A stretch of 64,000 bases of DNA. Source: Rhynchopus sp. YZ270_cl-10. Lineage: Eukaryota. Of this stretch, positions 38,937 through 49,458 are shown in pieces. The position numbers and the translations under genes were made by a program. Below the pieces are notes generated by a model that had not been told where the DNA came from, searched no databases, and saw nothing but the letters and a program-made list of their open reading frames with translations. The first letter of the stretch is position 1; each line of letters begins with the position of its first letter. The DNA lies in the NCBI GenBank assembly GCA_964035575.1, contig OZ037841.1:1240001-1304000 (forward strand), given 5' to 3'.

Positions 38937-39757
38937 GAAAATCTTGACAGATATGTGTGTGTCGAAAAGGAAATAAGGTTTTCTGGATTTTCTAGCTTTC
39001 TATGTTTTGCGATTGGGGATGCAGCAGTGCATTGTCTCCTTGGGTCGTGCCAGATAGACATCAGAGGAAACGATTCGCACCTAGAGTCGTCTTTGCATGC
39101 TTATCGCACGTATTCTCATTTATTGTAGTGAAATTGCTGGGGTTTGGGTGTGAACGCAATTGTACTTTTAAGCAGGGAAGGGTCTGCGGTTTTTGTTTTT
39201 ATTCTGGGGCAATGATTATGTACCCGCATACACTCGTGGTAACCGTGTGCATGCCAATGAAGTGCTCTCTGGGATTCGATAACCCGTGGAATCAGTGCCT
39301 GCAGGTCCGCCGATGAACAGTGAGGCGTTTGCACTTTCAACTGCTCTTTTTTGTGTTGTGTTTTTCTCTTTTTTTGGTCTTGCAAGCCTCTGCAGTACAC
39401 AGTACAGCGGGCACCTCATCCTGTCCCTGTTGCGCTAACGCACGACAGGCTGGGTACTGGGTACCACCGAGTACGGGGGATAGCGGGATGTACCAATTTT
39501 TTGCAAAAACAAGGCAACTAACTACAGGGAAAGCTCGGGAAGTATTCACGTTACTTTAAGGAACTGCACCACCACCAAAACACTAAACCTAGAAGAACCT
39601 GAGAGAGGGACCTTTTTTACCTATTTTTGGGGAAATTGCACCAGAAAAACCATCATATTTCATATTTCATTCATATGTCATCTCGCCTGCCCTGGTTGTA
39701 TCGTCAAAAGCAACAATATATAAATAAAGAAATACCCCACCCCTTCTGATTGTGTCA

Positions 39758-39986
39758 CACGACGGTGATGTAACGGGTGTTACAAGTGGAGTTACAAGTG
39801 AGTTACATGTAACTTTTGTTACATGTAACTCACTTGTAACCCACTTGTAACCCACCAGTTACAACCTGATTTTGCCTGTAATTCATGTATCCCACTTGTA
39901 ACTCACTTGTAACTCACTTGTAACGGTTTTTCACTTGTAACGCTACAAGTAACTTCACTTGTAATGTACTGTACATCACCGTCGTG
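39758..39986. mobile_element. MITE with 15-bp TIR and internal TTACAAGT/ACTTGTAA arrays
   Basis: CA|CACGACGGTGATGTA ... TACATCACCGTCGTG|CA (possible 2-bp TSD). Confidence 0.75.
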
Positions 39987-40141
39987 CAGCTGTTCTCCGA
40001 TACTTTTGACAACCCCAAACACGAGTCAGTAGCTAGTCCCTTCAGCTCGTTCGAGTGCACCGTGCTGTGGTCTCTATCGGCACAGCTTGGATGAACAGAG
40101 TGCGAGGAGCGTCCCCATTCATCACAACACCACACCACACA

Positions 40142-43100
40142 CAGATGCGTCTTGCCTAAAGCATTCCCAGCTACCGTGCCCAGGGAGATCCCGGCCCCTG
40201 CGGCGGCTATGGCTGGCGCAATTGAGAAAAAGGAACGGAATGGTCTCACAGGCGCCCAAATCCTGACCGAATTCGCGAACTTGGGGGAAGATTACCTGAT
40301 CCTCCTTCATGATGGTGACACCTCTCCAACCAGCCAATACCGCGGGAGAGGCAAGAAGTCGCAGGTGAAAACGTCACGACACGCTACCAAGCACTGCAAT
40401 GCCAAAGGGGCGACCACAGACCTGACCAGAGCCAGGGATGCAGTTATGGGGAACCTGCGCACCATCCTCCAGCACATGGAGGCCAGACTCCAGGTGGACA
40501 GACCTTATGCGATGACCCGTATAGAGGAGCACTCATGGAGAGCACTCACTCGCCACCGGGGCGGCCCACTGAAGGAAGAACTTGCTGAAGCCCTTGCCTT
40601 ACCATCGCCTGATTTGCAAACGCTGCAACGACTTCTGGAGAAGCTCACCGGATCCAATAAGGAGGCCTTCCTAGCCCTTAAGAGCCAGCGCAGCCTGCAA
40701 TGGAAACAGGTGATGCAAAATGCTTACGCAGGGTGTAAAGGGCAAGGAATGGTTTTCGACTTCGTCGCAGATCGCTTCACAACGCCAGCTGCGTTCATGA
40801 GGCAACACGATGGCACGCTCACAGCGGACCCAAAGAAAATCGATGCCCTTCTCCTGGACAATGAAGCTTGGGGTGGAATCTTTCGCCGATACGTTGATTC
40901 GCCTGAACCCAGCTGGAATGAATTTCTTGACACGTACGAAACGATACTCCCACACAAAGAGCCCATGGAGTGCGAGCGAATCACTGTGGACGACGTGCGT
41001 TCAGCTATTGGCAGATTGAAGCGCACTACATCCCCGGGAATGCATGGTTGGAGGGCCTTTGAGCTGCAGCAGCTGCCGGACAGCGTGCTCGCACTACTGG
41101 CGGAAGGTTTGAATGCGATCGAACGCGACGGTGTGTGGCCGGAAGACCTCATGCAGGCCCTAGTACCTCTCATTCCCAAACCTGAAAGCGATGCAAACCC
41201 CCTGTCACAACGCCCTATCACAATCACGGCTGTTTTGTACCGGGTCTGGGCGTCGGTGCGTGCGAAATCGGCTTTCCCTTGGCTTGAGAAGCTGGCCCCC
41301 GCGGGGCTGCACGGGTGCAGGCCCAAACACGGCACAGAGGACCTGTACTGGCACCTAGCAGCCCAGCTGGAATGCGCGCATCTGTCTGAGGGCGATATGT
41401 ACGGAGTCGCTATCGACTTCCAAAAGTGCTTTGACACAGTGCCGATAGAGATCACGTTTCAGCTTGCGGCACGGCTGGGATTCAACGAAGTGGTGCTAAC
41501 CACGCTACGAGAGGCTTACGCTAGAATGACCAGGCATTTCAAGTGTAATGGCTCCATAGGGCAACCATTCGTCCCCACGAATGGCATCATGCAGGGGTGC
41601 CCGCTTAGCGTTATCCTGATCAACATCGTAGTCAGTGTCTGGATGCGGGATGTGGAGAGTCGGGGGGCCGAAGCCGCTTCTTACGTCGATGACATCTACG
41701 CGACTGCCAGCACACATGAGCTGCAGCAGGACATCACCGACCGTACTGTCATCTTCTCGCAGAAGACCCAAATGGCAATCAGCACGTCAAAGTCACACAC
41801 CTTCTCGACTTGCGACACCCCCCCCTTGCGAACTCAAAGCCTACGACACCCTCTCACGGTGTTTGGTAAGTCAGTCCCCACCCATCTTCCTTCCAGAGCG
41901 TAACAGCTTCGACTGCACGGGTGCGATGGTGCACGCGAAGCCAACACAGGATGTGGACAACCTGCCCGTCTCAGACCGCATTGCAAAGAGGCGTGAAACT
42001 GCAGTTGAGAACCTTCGAAGGGTGAAATCCCTCCCCACCCCAGTTCAGCACCGAGACCACGTGGCGTCCATGAGTGCGGGGTCGAAGTGCTACTACGCTG
42101 CCTCCACAACGTACATGTCCCCCAAAGAGCAGAAAAACCTCACGACAAAGTTCACAGCGGCGGTGTGGACGGGTACCAACAGAAGGGCGCCAGAAGTTGT
42201 ACTGCACGTCCTGCAACACGGACATCGCATGGACCCTTCCATGGTCTTGCACCTCCACAGGCTAAGAGCATGGGCCAAGCAAATGAGAAAGGCAAGTTGC
42301 AGACCCCTCGCTACAGCCGCTTGGCAGAATAGAGCCTCTCTGACATGTGGCCCATTCCATCTCATCTCGCTCACCCTGCGAGCACTCGGCTGGACATGGC
42401 AGTCTCCAACGTCGATTAGCTTTGTGAACGAGGCAGGTGACGCTGCTACCTTGGAGCTGAGTACGCTCACGGACAAGCAAGTGGCAGGAATGGAGGCAGA
42501 AGCCCGCCACTACCTCCGTACGGATACTCTCAAAAATGGCTAACAGGCGCCCCGACTTCGAAGGCCTGCAGCATGGTGTCGATGGCCACACAACCAGGCA
42601 CCTGTTAGAGGACTCTGCTAACGAGTTAACCGGCTACCAGAAAGGCATTCTCAGATCAGTCATCGCGGGTGCGGTGAACACCACGGGCCGCTCAGGCCTC
42701 AGCACAACATCTTGCCCCTATTGCGTGTCTGGCGAACGAGAAACGGTTGAGCATCTTTGGTGGGACTGCCAGGCGTGGTCGTCGGTGCGAGCCAGGCACA
42801 ACATCACATCGCAGGATCGAACCAATTGGCCAAATTGCCTGTCGATATGTGGGGTGGCCCCAGCCTTCCGACAAGGGGACAATGCGCTACCGCAAAACTC
42901 GGACGACAGACGCTTCATCGTCAGGAGTCTCCAACGCTTCTTTGTGGAGGTGGTAAAAGAGCGACAGATCCGTGCCGACCGCCCCGAAGAATCTGCCAGA
43001 CACCACCGGCTGCAGAGCTTTCCGTGGGGCTGGTCCTCACCCCAGCCCAGACAGGTACATCTCCCAGTCTACAGCTACGAGAGCGTCCGTCAACAGTGGA

Positions 43101-44555
43101 AACACAACGAAGACCTTTGGCACGCACTAAACTCCTGGGTGCGAGGACTTCAGTGGGCCCACGTCGGGTCCGAACACTCAATCAGCCTCATCGAGCTGGC
43201 AGTGGACTTTGAGCTCACCACAGGAATGCCGCTCCCAGACGTTGGCAGCCGCCGCTATCCGCAGTTCAAAGCCTCTACCTCGTCGTGCACGGTTAGGGAC
43301 CATATCGCGGACCACAGCGGGGTGGAAATGTTCTTTGATGGCGGAGCAAGACAGAACAAAACTGTCTTCGCGAGGGCTGGGGCAGGAGCGGTGGTATATG
43401 TGGATGGTGTCAAGAGCGCATCGGTGGCCACCCCACTTCCCTCAGCCAGAAGCAACAACGTGGCGGAGTACGAAGGAGTCATCAGTGGCCTCCGCCTCCT
43501 CAACGAACTCCCCTCTGAGCTGCAAGGCCCGGTCACCATCAGCGGAGACTCCAAGCTGATTGTGGACCAGCTCCGGGGGGTAGCTGACTGCAACGATTTC
43601 CTCAAACCGCTGTTCCTCGTGGCTAAAGAACTGATCAGAGAGGTTCAACCCCGTTTCACCCTGGGGTTCCGCCACATCGCGCGAGAGCGAAACAAGGACG
43701 CTGACGCTCTCAGCAACCAGGCAATGGATGAGGTGGAGAACCAGAAGCAAGCAGAACTCGCCGCTGCCTCCTCGGAACGCGACACCTTCCTGCAAAGCGC
43801 GTTGGCCAAGTCACTCTCACTGGGCGAGCTGATGCAGACCTTTGCGAAGGTGTACAAACCGCAGTCCTGGATGTACGGCCACTACACCAACGTCACTAGC
43901 CTTACTGCCATCGGAGGTTCGGTGACCAGTGGTGTGAGCAAACGAGCAGTTCTCAACAGCAAAACTGAGGAGGTACTGCGCCACCTACAGTCGCACATAG
44001 CAGCCTTTGCAGGGAACCGCCGCTCCCTCTTGTACGAGGAGACCCAGGCTTGGGCAGCCCAGTTCCGGCCACAAGAGCATTACGCTGATGACTGGACTGA
44101 AGCCTCCGCAGGATGGCGAGGCAGAGCGACTGAAGCCAGAGCTGCAGGAAGGGCCCGCCCACCTCGCACGGCCCCTCCAGACGCCAGAAAGTGCGCCAAA
44201 ACCTTGTCTTGTCTGACCCACGGCAAAGTGCGATGTAACTCGTGCAAGACGCTGCGAGCCGCTCCAGAAACCTGCTGCAGCCTACACCACACAGAAGGCG
44301 ATGGCCGCGCCATTGTGATGGACTTCTGCACGAGACATAGGCTCACGAGATGTGGGGCATGCTTGCTAGACAAGAAATCATTGGCCCAGTGCTGCGGAAC
44401 GTGCCACACACGCCACATCAATAACAGCACGTCAGCACGAGGCACACTCCCTCTACATCACAGGCAAGACCCCGCGGGGTCTTCGCAGGTGACGTAGCCC
44501 CCCCCACACCTAAGGGCCATATTCTGCGCAAGAATTACCCTCACTAGGCATTAAC
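40142..44555 (+). mobile_element. 5'-truncated non-LTR retrotransposon (RT, zf-RVT, RNase H, Cys/His-rich tail)
   Basis: Candidate 12-bp TSD CCACACCACACA (40130-40141, 44556-44567). The reading frame is open from the left boundary and no endonuclease domain is seen. No poly(A) tail. Confidence 0.88.
40152..44497 (+). pseudogene. Retrotransposon pol ORF split by two +1 frame changes
   Basis: RT motifs RPITI, DFQKCFD, GIMQGCPLS and YVDD. zf-RVT CPYC..ETVEHLWWDC. RNase H FDGG / NNVAEY / GDS / NKDADALSN with all acidic residues. Frame breaks at about 41820-41900 and 42532-42536. Confidence 0.85.
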
Positions 44556-44580
44556 CCACACCACACAGAGAGACACAACA

Positions 44581-46224
44581 ATGCAGCTGTATGTGCTGTA
44601 CCGTGGGGAACAACACCCTTTCGAAGTCGATGAGAGTATGGGAGAAGACCCAATAGAATACGTGTGTAGTCAGGTGGCGGCTGCAGTGGGGATCGAAGCA
44701 GATACCTTCACATTGCTGTTCGATGGGGAACCTCTGCGCGACCGAGACGACATCATGCAACTGAGCGAGGACAACACGATCGAGATGACTCTGCGGGAGA
44801 GTCAATGCCCGACAATGGATCTCTCTTGGTCCAACGCCCTCAGCAACAGAGGGGATGGCTTCCTCGCGCACCACACTTGGTTGACGACAATCACTCTTCC
44901 TCAAGAAAGCGACGTCGAGGATATAGGCAACGAATTCCTGTTGGGGTGTCGTGGGTTGACGACAATCGATCTCTCTGGTCTCAGCAAGGTCACCAAAATA
45001 GGGTATGGCTTCCTCGCGGGGTGCACCTCATTGACAACGATCACACTGCCTGAAGAGAGCGCTGTCACGGAGATAGGCCACAGTTTCCTGTGGGCGTGCA
45101 GAGTGTTGACGACAATCGATCTCTGTGGTCTGAACGGTGTCGCGGATTTAAGCAACAACTTCCTGCGGGAGTGCACTGGGTTGACGACAATCAACCTCTC
45201 TGGTCTCAGCTCTGTCAGGAACACAGGGTATGGCTTCCTCACGAAGTGCACCTCATTGGCAACGATCACACTACCTGAAGAGAGCGCTGTCACGGAGATA
45301 GGCAACGACTTCCTGCGGGAGTGCAGAGGATTGAGGACAATCAATCTCTCTGGTCTCAGCTCTGTCAGGAACATAGGGTACAACTTCCTCGCGGAGTGCA
45401 CCTCATTGACAACGATCACACTACCTGAAGAGAGCGCTGTCACGGAGATAGTCAACAACTTCCTGTACGGGTGCAGAGGGTTGACGACAATCAACCTCTC
45501 TGGTCTCAGCGCTGTCAGGAATGTAGGGGATGGCTTTCTCTCGAACGGCAGGTCATTGACAACGATCACACTGCCTGAAGAGAGCGCTCTGACGAAGATA
45601 GGCAACGACTTTCTGTGGGGACGCAGTGGGTTGACGACACTCGATCTGTCTGGTCTCAGCTCTGTCAGGAACATAGGGGATGGCTTCCTCGCGAACTGCA
45701 CCTCATTGGCAACGATCACACTGCCTGAAGAGAGCGCTCTCACGGAGATAGGCAACAACTTTCTGCAGTGTTGTTTTGACTTGACGACAATCGATCTCTC
45801 AGGTCTCAGCTCTGTCAGGAGCATAGGGGATGGCTTCCTCGCGCACTGCTATTTGACAACGATCATACTGCCTGAAGAGAGCGCTCTCACGGGGATAGGC
45901 GACTACTTCCTGGATGGGTGCAGTAGGTTGACGACAATCGATCTCTGTGGTCTGAGCGGTGTCACGGATGTAGGCAGTAACTTCCTGCGGGAGTGCAGTG
46001 GGTTGACGACAATCGATCTCTCTGGCCTCAGCTCTGTCAGGAACATAGGGGATCGCTTCCTCGAGAACTGCACGCTGCCATCGAACGAAAGGAAAATAAC
46101 AGTGAAGCTCACCGGCAGCAGCGACGTGGTGTCTGCGCGAGTGCTGTCGGGATTGGACGGAACGGACGTTGTTGAGATGGTTCCCCCAACAGAGGCTACA
46201 CTTGCGTTCATTCAGGGTAGCTGA
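44581..46224 (+). CDS. BspA-type leucine-rich repeat protein with N-terminal ubiquitin-like domain
   Basis: Alternating 25-aa repeats LTTITLPEESAVTEIGNDFL..C and LTTIDLSGLSSVRNIGDGFL..C (75/150-bp DNA periodicity). N-terminus includes FTLLFDGEPLRD (Ubl-like). Confidence 0.9.
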   Translation: MQLYVLYRGEQHPFEVDESMGEDPIEYVCSQVAAAVGIEADTFTLLFDGEPLRDRDDIMQLSEDNTIEMTLRESQCPTMDLSWSNALSNRGDGFLAHHTWLTTITLPQESDVEDIGNEFLLGCRGLTTIDLSGLSKVTKIGYGFLAGCTSLTTITLPEESAVTEIGHSFLWACRVLTTIDLCGLNGVADLSNNFLRECTGLTTINLSGLSSVRNTGYGFLTKCTSLATITLPEESAVTEIGNDFLRECRGLRTINLSGLSSVRNIGYNFLAECTSLTTITLPEESAVTEIVNNFLYGCRGLTTINLSGLSAVRNVGDGFLSNGRSLTTITLPEESALTKIGNDFLWGRSGLTTLDLSGLSSVRNIGDGFLANCTSLATITLPEESALTEIGNNFLQCCFDLTTIDLSGLSSVRSIGDGFLAHCYLTTIILPEESALTGIGDYFLDGCSRLTTIDLCGLSGVTDVGSNFLRECSGLTTIDLSGLSSVRNIGDRFLENCTLPSNERKITVKLTGSSDVVSARVLSGLDGTDVVEMVPPTEATLAFIQGS

Positions 46225-46465
46225 TCGGCAACAAAATGAGGGTGCGGTTGGGTTGTGCCGAGTTGCTTCAGCAGGTACAGCTGTGTGATGTTGTTGTGTC
46301 TCTGATATTGAACGGGACAGGGGAGGGGATGGGATGGGCGGTTAGGTATCGGGGTGGTTTGATTTGTTTCTCTGACGTCACCCTCCCGTCACTACCCCAT
46401 CGCTTTAGCACTTTTCAGTTATCACTCAAACCACCACCCCTTCTTCAGGCCACCCCACACACACA

Positions 46466-47791
46466 ATGGAATCACCGTATTCAATGAAGGGGACACCCGA
46501 GAAGGTTGTGTCGCAGCGTGTCATGGTGCCGTCGACCCCGGGTAGTCCACGGCGTTCACGCAACCCGTTGTATGCGTTTGAGAGTGGTGGTGGGCCGGAC
46601 CATGATGAGAGTGCGATGCGGACAGCACGTTGGGAAGGGCAGCTCGCACCCCCTGAAGCATTTCGCCAGCCACAGCTCTGGGACAACGAAAGCACCGTGG
46701 GGAACGGGAATGGAAATAATGCAAATGGGGACAGAAACCTGGCAGACCGTCGTGACACTGTCGTGGCGCCGATAGCGGTGTTGTCGCCCGCACACTCTGC
46801 ACCCACAACAACACCGCCCCCCACAACGACGTACCCTGCACGGTCGTACATCTGCGGGAACCTCTCCACCACGGTGGTGCTGCTTGGGGCATGGGCAGTG
46901 TTGTTTTTTGCGTGCTGCGTGCCTGCGTGGGAATGGTACCGTGATATCGAAGATATTGTGATCGGTGGGGTGGTGGTGTTTGACTCAGACGACAGCGCAA
47001 GACGGCTGTTGATTGCGGCGGTGGGGGCGATGGTGTCGTCATGCTGTCTTGCCCTGCTTGGCTGCATTGCGCTCCTCCACATGGCATGCGGGCATGTGCA
47101 GTGTGCTCTCGGTTGTGCTACCCCCTTTCTCATATGCAGCTGGGCCGGTGCTGGGGTATACACCGGTACAATGTCGTACCACCTATCGCAAATCGATGGC
47201 GCCTCCACCAGAGCAGAGGTTGCAGGCTATGGTACGTTCGCCTCGGCATTTATTGTTGCGGTTGCAGGGGGCGTGCTGTTCACAGCGAGCGTCAAGCCGC
47301 CGTCGACGTCGTACGTTGTGCCTATGAAGGCGCAGAGCTCGCAGAGCTTTGTGTCCATCTTTTTTCGGGAAAATGTTGCAACATTGGTGGCCTGTTTTGC
47401 GACGGTGGTGTTTCAAGTATTCGGTGTAGTGGTGCCGTTGTGGGGTGGTCCGGTGGTGGAGTACAGCCCTGTGGATGAGGACCGGCTTGAGACGTGGTCT
47501 GATACGGCTGCTATCTCTGGGGCTACGGCGGCAGTGATGTTTTCAGCACTCATCTGTGCTGTGCTTGCGCCGCTTCTTTGTGGGCGGCGGGAACACTCCA
47601 GCATGGTTGTCATCCTTCTCACTGTCGTGTCGTCGCTCTCTATCCTCGCCACCGCTGGAGCGCGCATCTGCGTCGCTGCCGAACTCTGGAAACACTGGGA
47701 CTCCGCAAAAAAATTCGAAGACACCGGCTCCATTGCTGGAGGATCGATCTTCGCGTTGGGGGCCCTCCTCTCTGCCTGTGCTACGTTGTGA
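46466..47791 (+). CDS. Hypothetical multi-pass membrane protein (about 8 TMs)
   Basis: 441-aa ORF with a disordered N-terminus followed by two blocks of about four hydrophobic helices. Confidence 0.75.
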   Translation: MESPYSMKGTPEKVVSQRVMVPSTPGSPRRSRNPLYAFESGGGPDHDESAMRTARWEGQLAPPEAFRQPQLWDNESTVGNGNGNNANGDRNLADRRDTVVAPIAVLSPAHSAPTTTPPPTTTYPARSYICGNLSTTVVLLGAWAVLFFACCVPAWEWYRDIEDIVIGGVVVFDSDDSARRLLIAAVGAMVSSCCLALLGCIALLHMACGHVQCALGCATPFLICSWAGAGVYTGTMSYHLSQIDGASTRAEVAGYGTFASAFIVAVAGGVLFTASVKPPSTSYVVPMKAQSSQSFVSIFFRENVATLVACFATVVFQVFGVVVPLWGGPVVEYSPVDEDRLETWSDTAAISGATAAVMFSALICAVLAPLLCGRREHSSMVVILLTVVSSLSILATAGARICVAAELWKHWDSAKKFEDTGSIAGGSIFALGALLSACATL

Positions 47792-49458
47792 ATGGGGGAG
47801 GAGGGAGGAGGACTCAGGGGGGTATAGTTTCATCTTAGAGCATTGCGGTGTAAAAAATAGACAGTCATAGAATGACATAGAATAGAAGGGGAGGGGAAGG
47901 GAGGAGGGGGGTGAAAAGGCGCTGCTGTTATGATTGCAATAGCGTTCTTGTGATCGGGTTGTGTACAAAAAAAAGTAGTGGAGTTCATCCTCGGGTGTCT
48001 ACACTAATACAACCAAGTTTTCAAAAATAGAAAAGTGGAGATTGTTGTGGCAAGCTACACGATGTTTTTTTCAAATAGTTTATCAAAAAAAGAAAGAAAG
48101 TTGTTGCTGGCCCGTTTGGCCTTTCTCGCAAACCCGTATGCTATACGGGGACTTTGTGTATTAGAAATTATGTGAATCCAATGCCGGTTTGTCGGTGTCG
48201 CGATGCGCCCTATCTGATCGTTTATACTTTTTTATTAGAAGGTGACTAAGCGCGAGCTTAGGATCATCTTATAAACTTTTTCTTCCTTTCTTTATTATTG
48301 CGCATGTACGTCCCGGCAGATGCCTTTGGTTCCCTTTAATATAATTATGTATTGGTGAGTATGTGCACAAGCACATTCATCTTTCAAGTTTTCTTTTTCT
48401 CAATTTTATCTTCTCTTTTTTTAAAAAAACAGTGAACCTGTGTGAACCCTGGCATGTCTGTCTCCAAATATGCCAATGTGAATTTTTTTGTAAGGTAGCA
48501 AGCCGGGAAAAGCACACGTAATCCACATGTACCCAAATTTTCAATTTTTTTTTTCCACATGTTGAAATCCACACTTTCCACCGGTGCAGCGTAATCCCTG
48601 ACAGGGCTCATCTTACCAACAATACCAAGCCAGTTTCTATTTTATTTTTCTAAGAGATGAATGTGCACGAGAGGCACGTTTATCTACACGTTTTCTCTTC
48701 TCAATAATTTATCACCTCTTCCAAGGGTCTGTCCATGATATGAAGGGACCACCCGATGGAAGCGTTTGGGATGAGAACAGTGCAGGTATTTCATCCCCCA
48801 ACCCCCCCTTTATTATAGTCCCGTCTCCAGGTAACGGCGACTAGCACCGAGTGGATCAAGGAGTATCTTACTGTTTATTCTCCTTTTGATGCACACTTGT
48901 TCATTTTGTATTTTCTTGTTGTCTGCAGGGTACTGCTTTTATCCGGGGCTGGCATCGTTCGTACCTGCAGCAATAGCTAACGTCTATGAATTGAACGTTT
49001 CAAGCGTTCCCCACAACCTTCCTTCACCCCCCCCTGGAGGGTCAGGCTCAACTCATCTTTCAAGTTTTCAGTTTTGTTTATCTTCGCCCCACTGTCAACC
49101 CCCTCTGACAGCCTGTGTGAGTGCTTCTCCCCCTTTTCTTTATCAAGGTGACTAAGCACGGGAGGCTTAGGTTCATCTTTTCTTTTTGTCAGTGCCTGCG
49201 TCCCAGAGGCGTTTGCACTATCAACTTCACTTTCTTTTTCCTTTCTTCAAATCCTATGTTATGTTAGTAACGTGCGTATTTGCGCCCCTCTCTCCCCCTC
49301 CCCCTCCCCCTCTGAGAATCTTTCATCTAAGCATCAGAACGGCTCAGGTTTCTTAACCCCCCCCCTCCACTCTCTTTTATACAACTTTCAGAATCTTTCC
49401 ACTATTTTTATCACCCCACTTACAGCACCTCCCTCTCCCCCTCTCCCTCACACAAAAA

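Noticed and set aside
12122..49232. Hairpin repeats as a CRISPR array or integron attC sites
   Set aside because: Irregular spacing, no constant-length spacers, no cas or intI gene, no RYYYAAC/GTTRRRY box pair, and a eukaryotic context.
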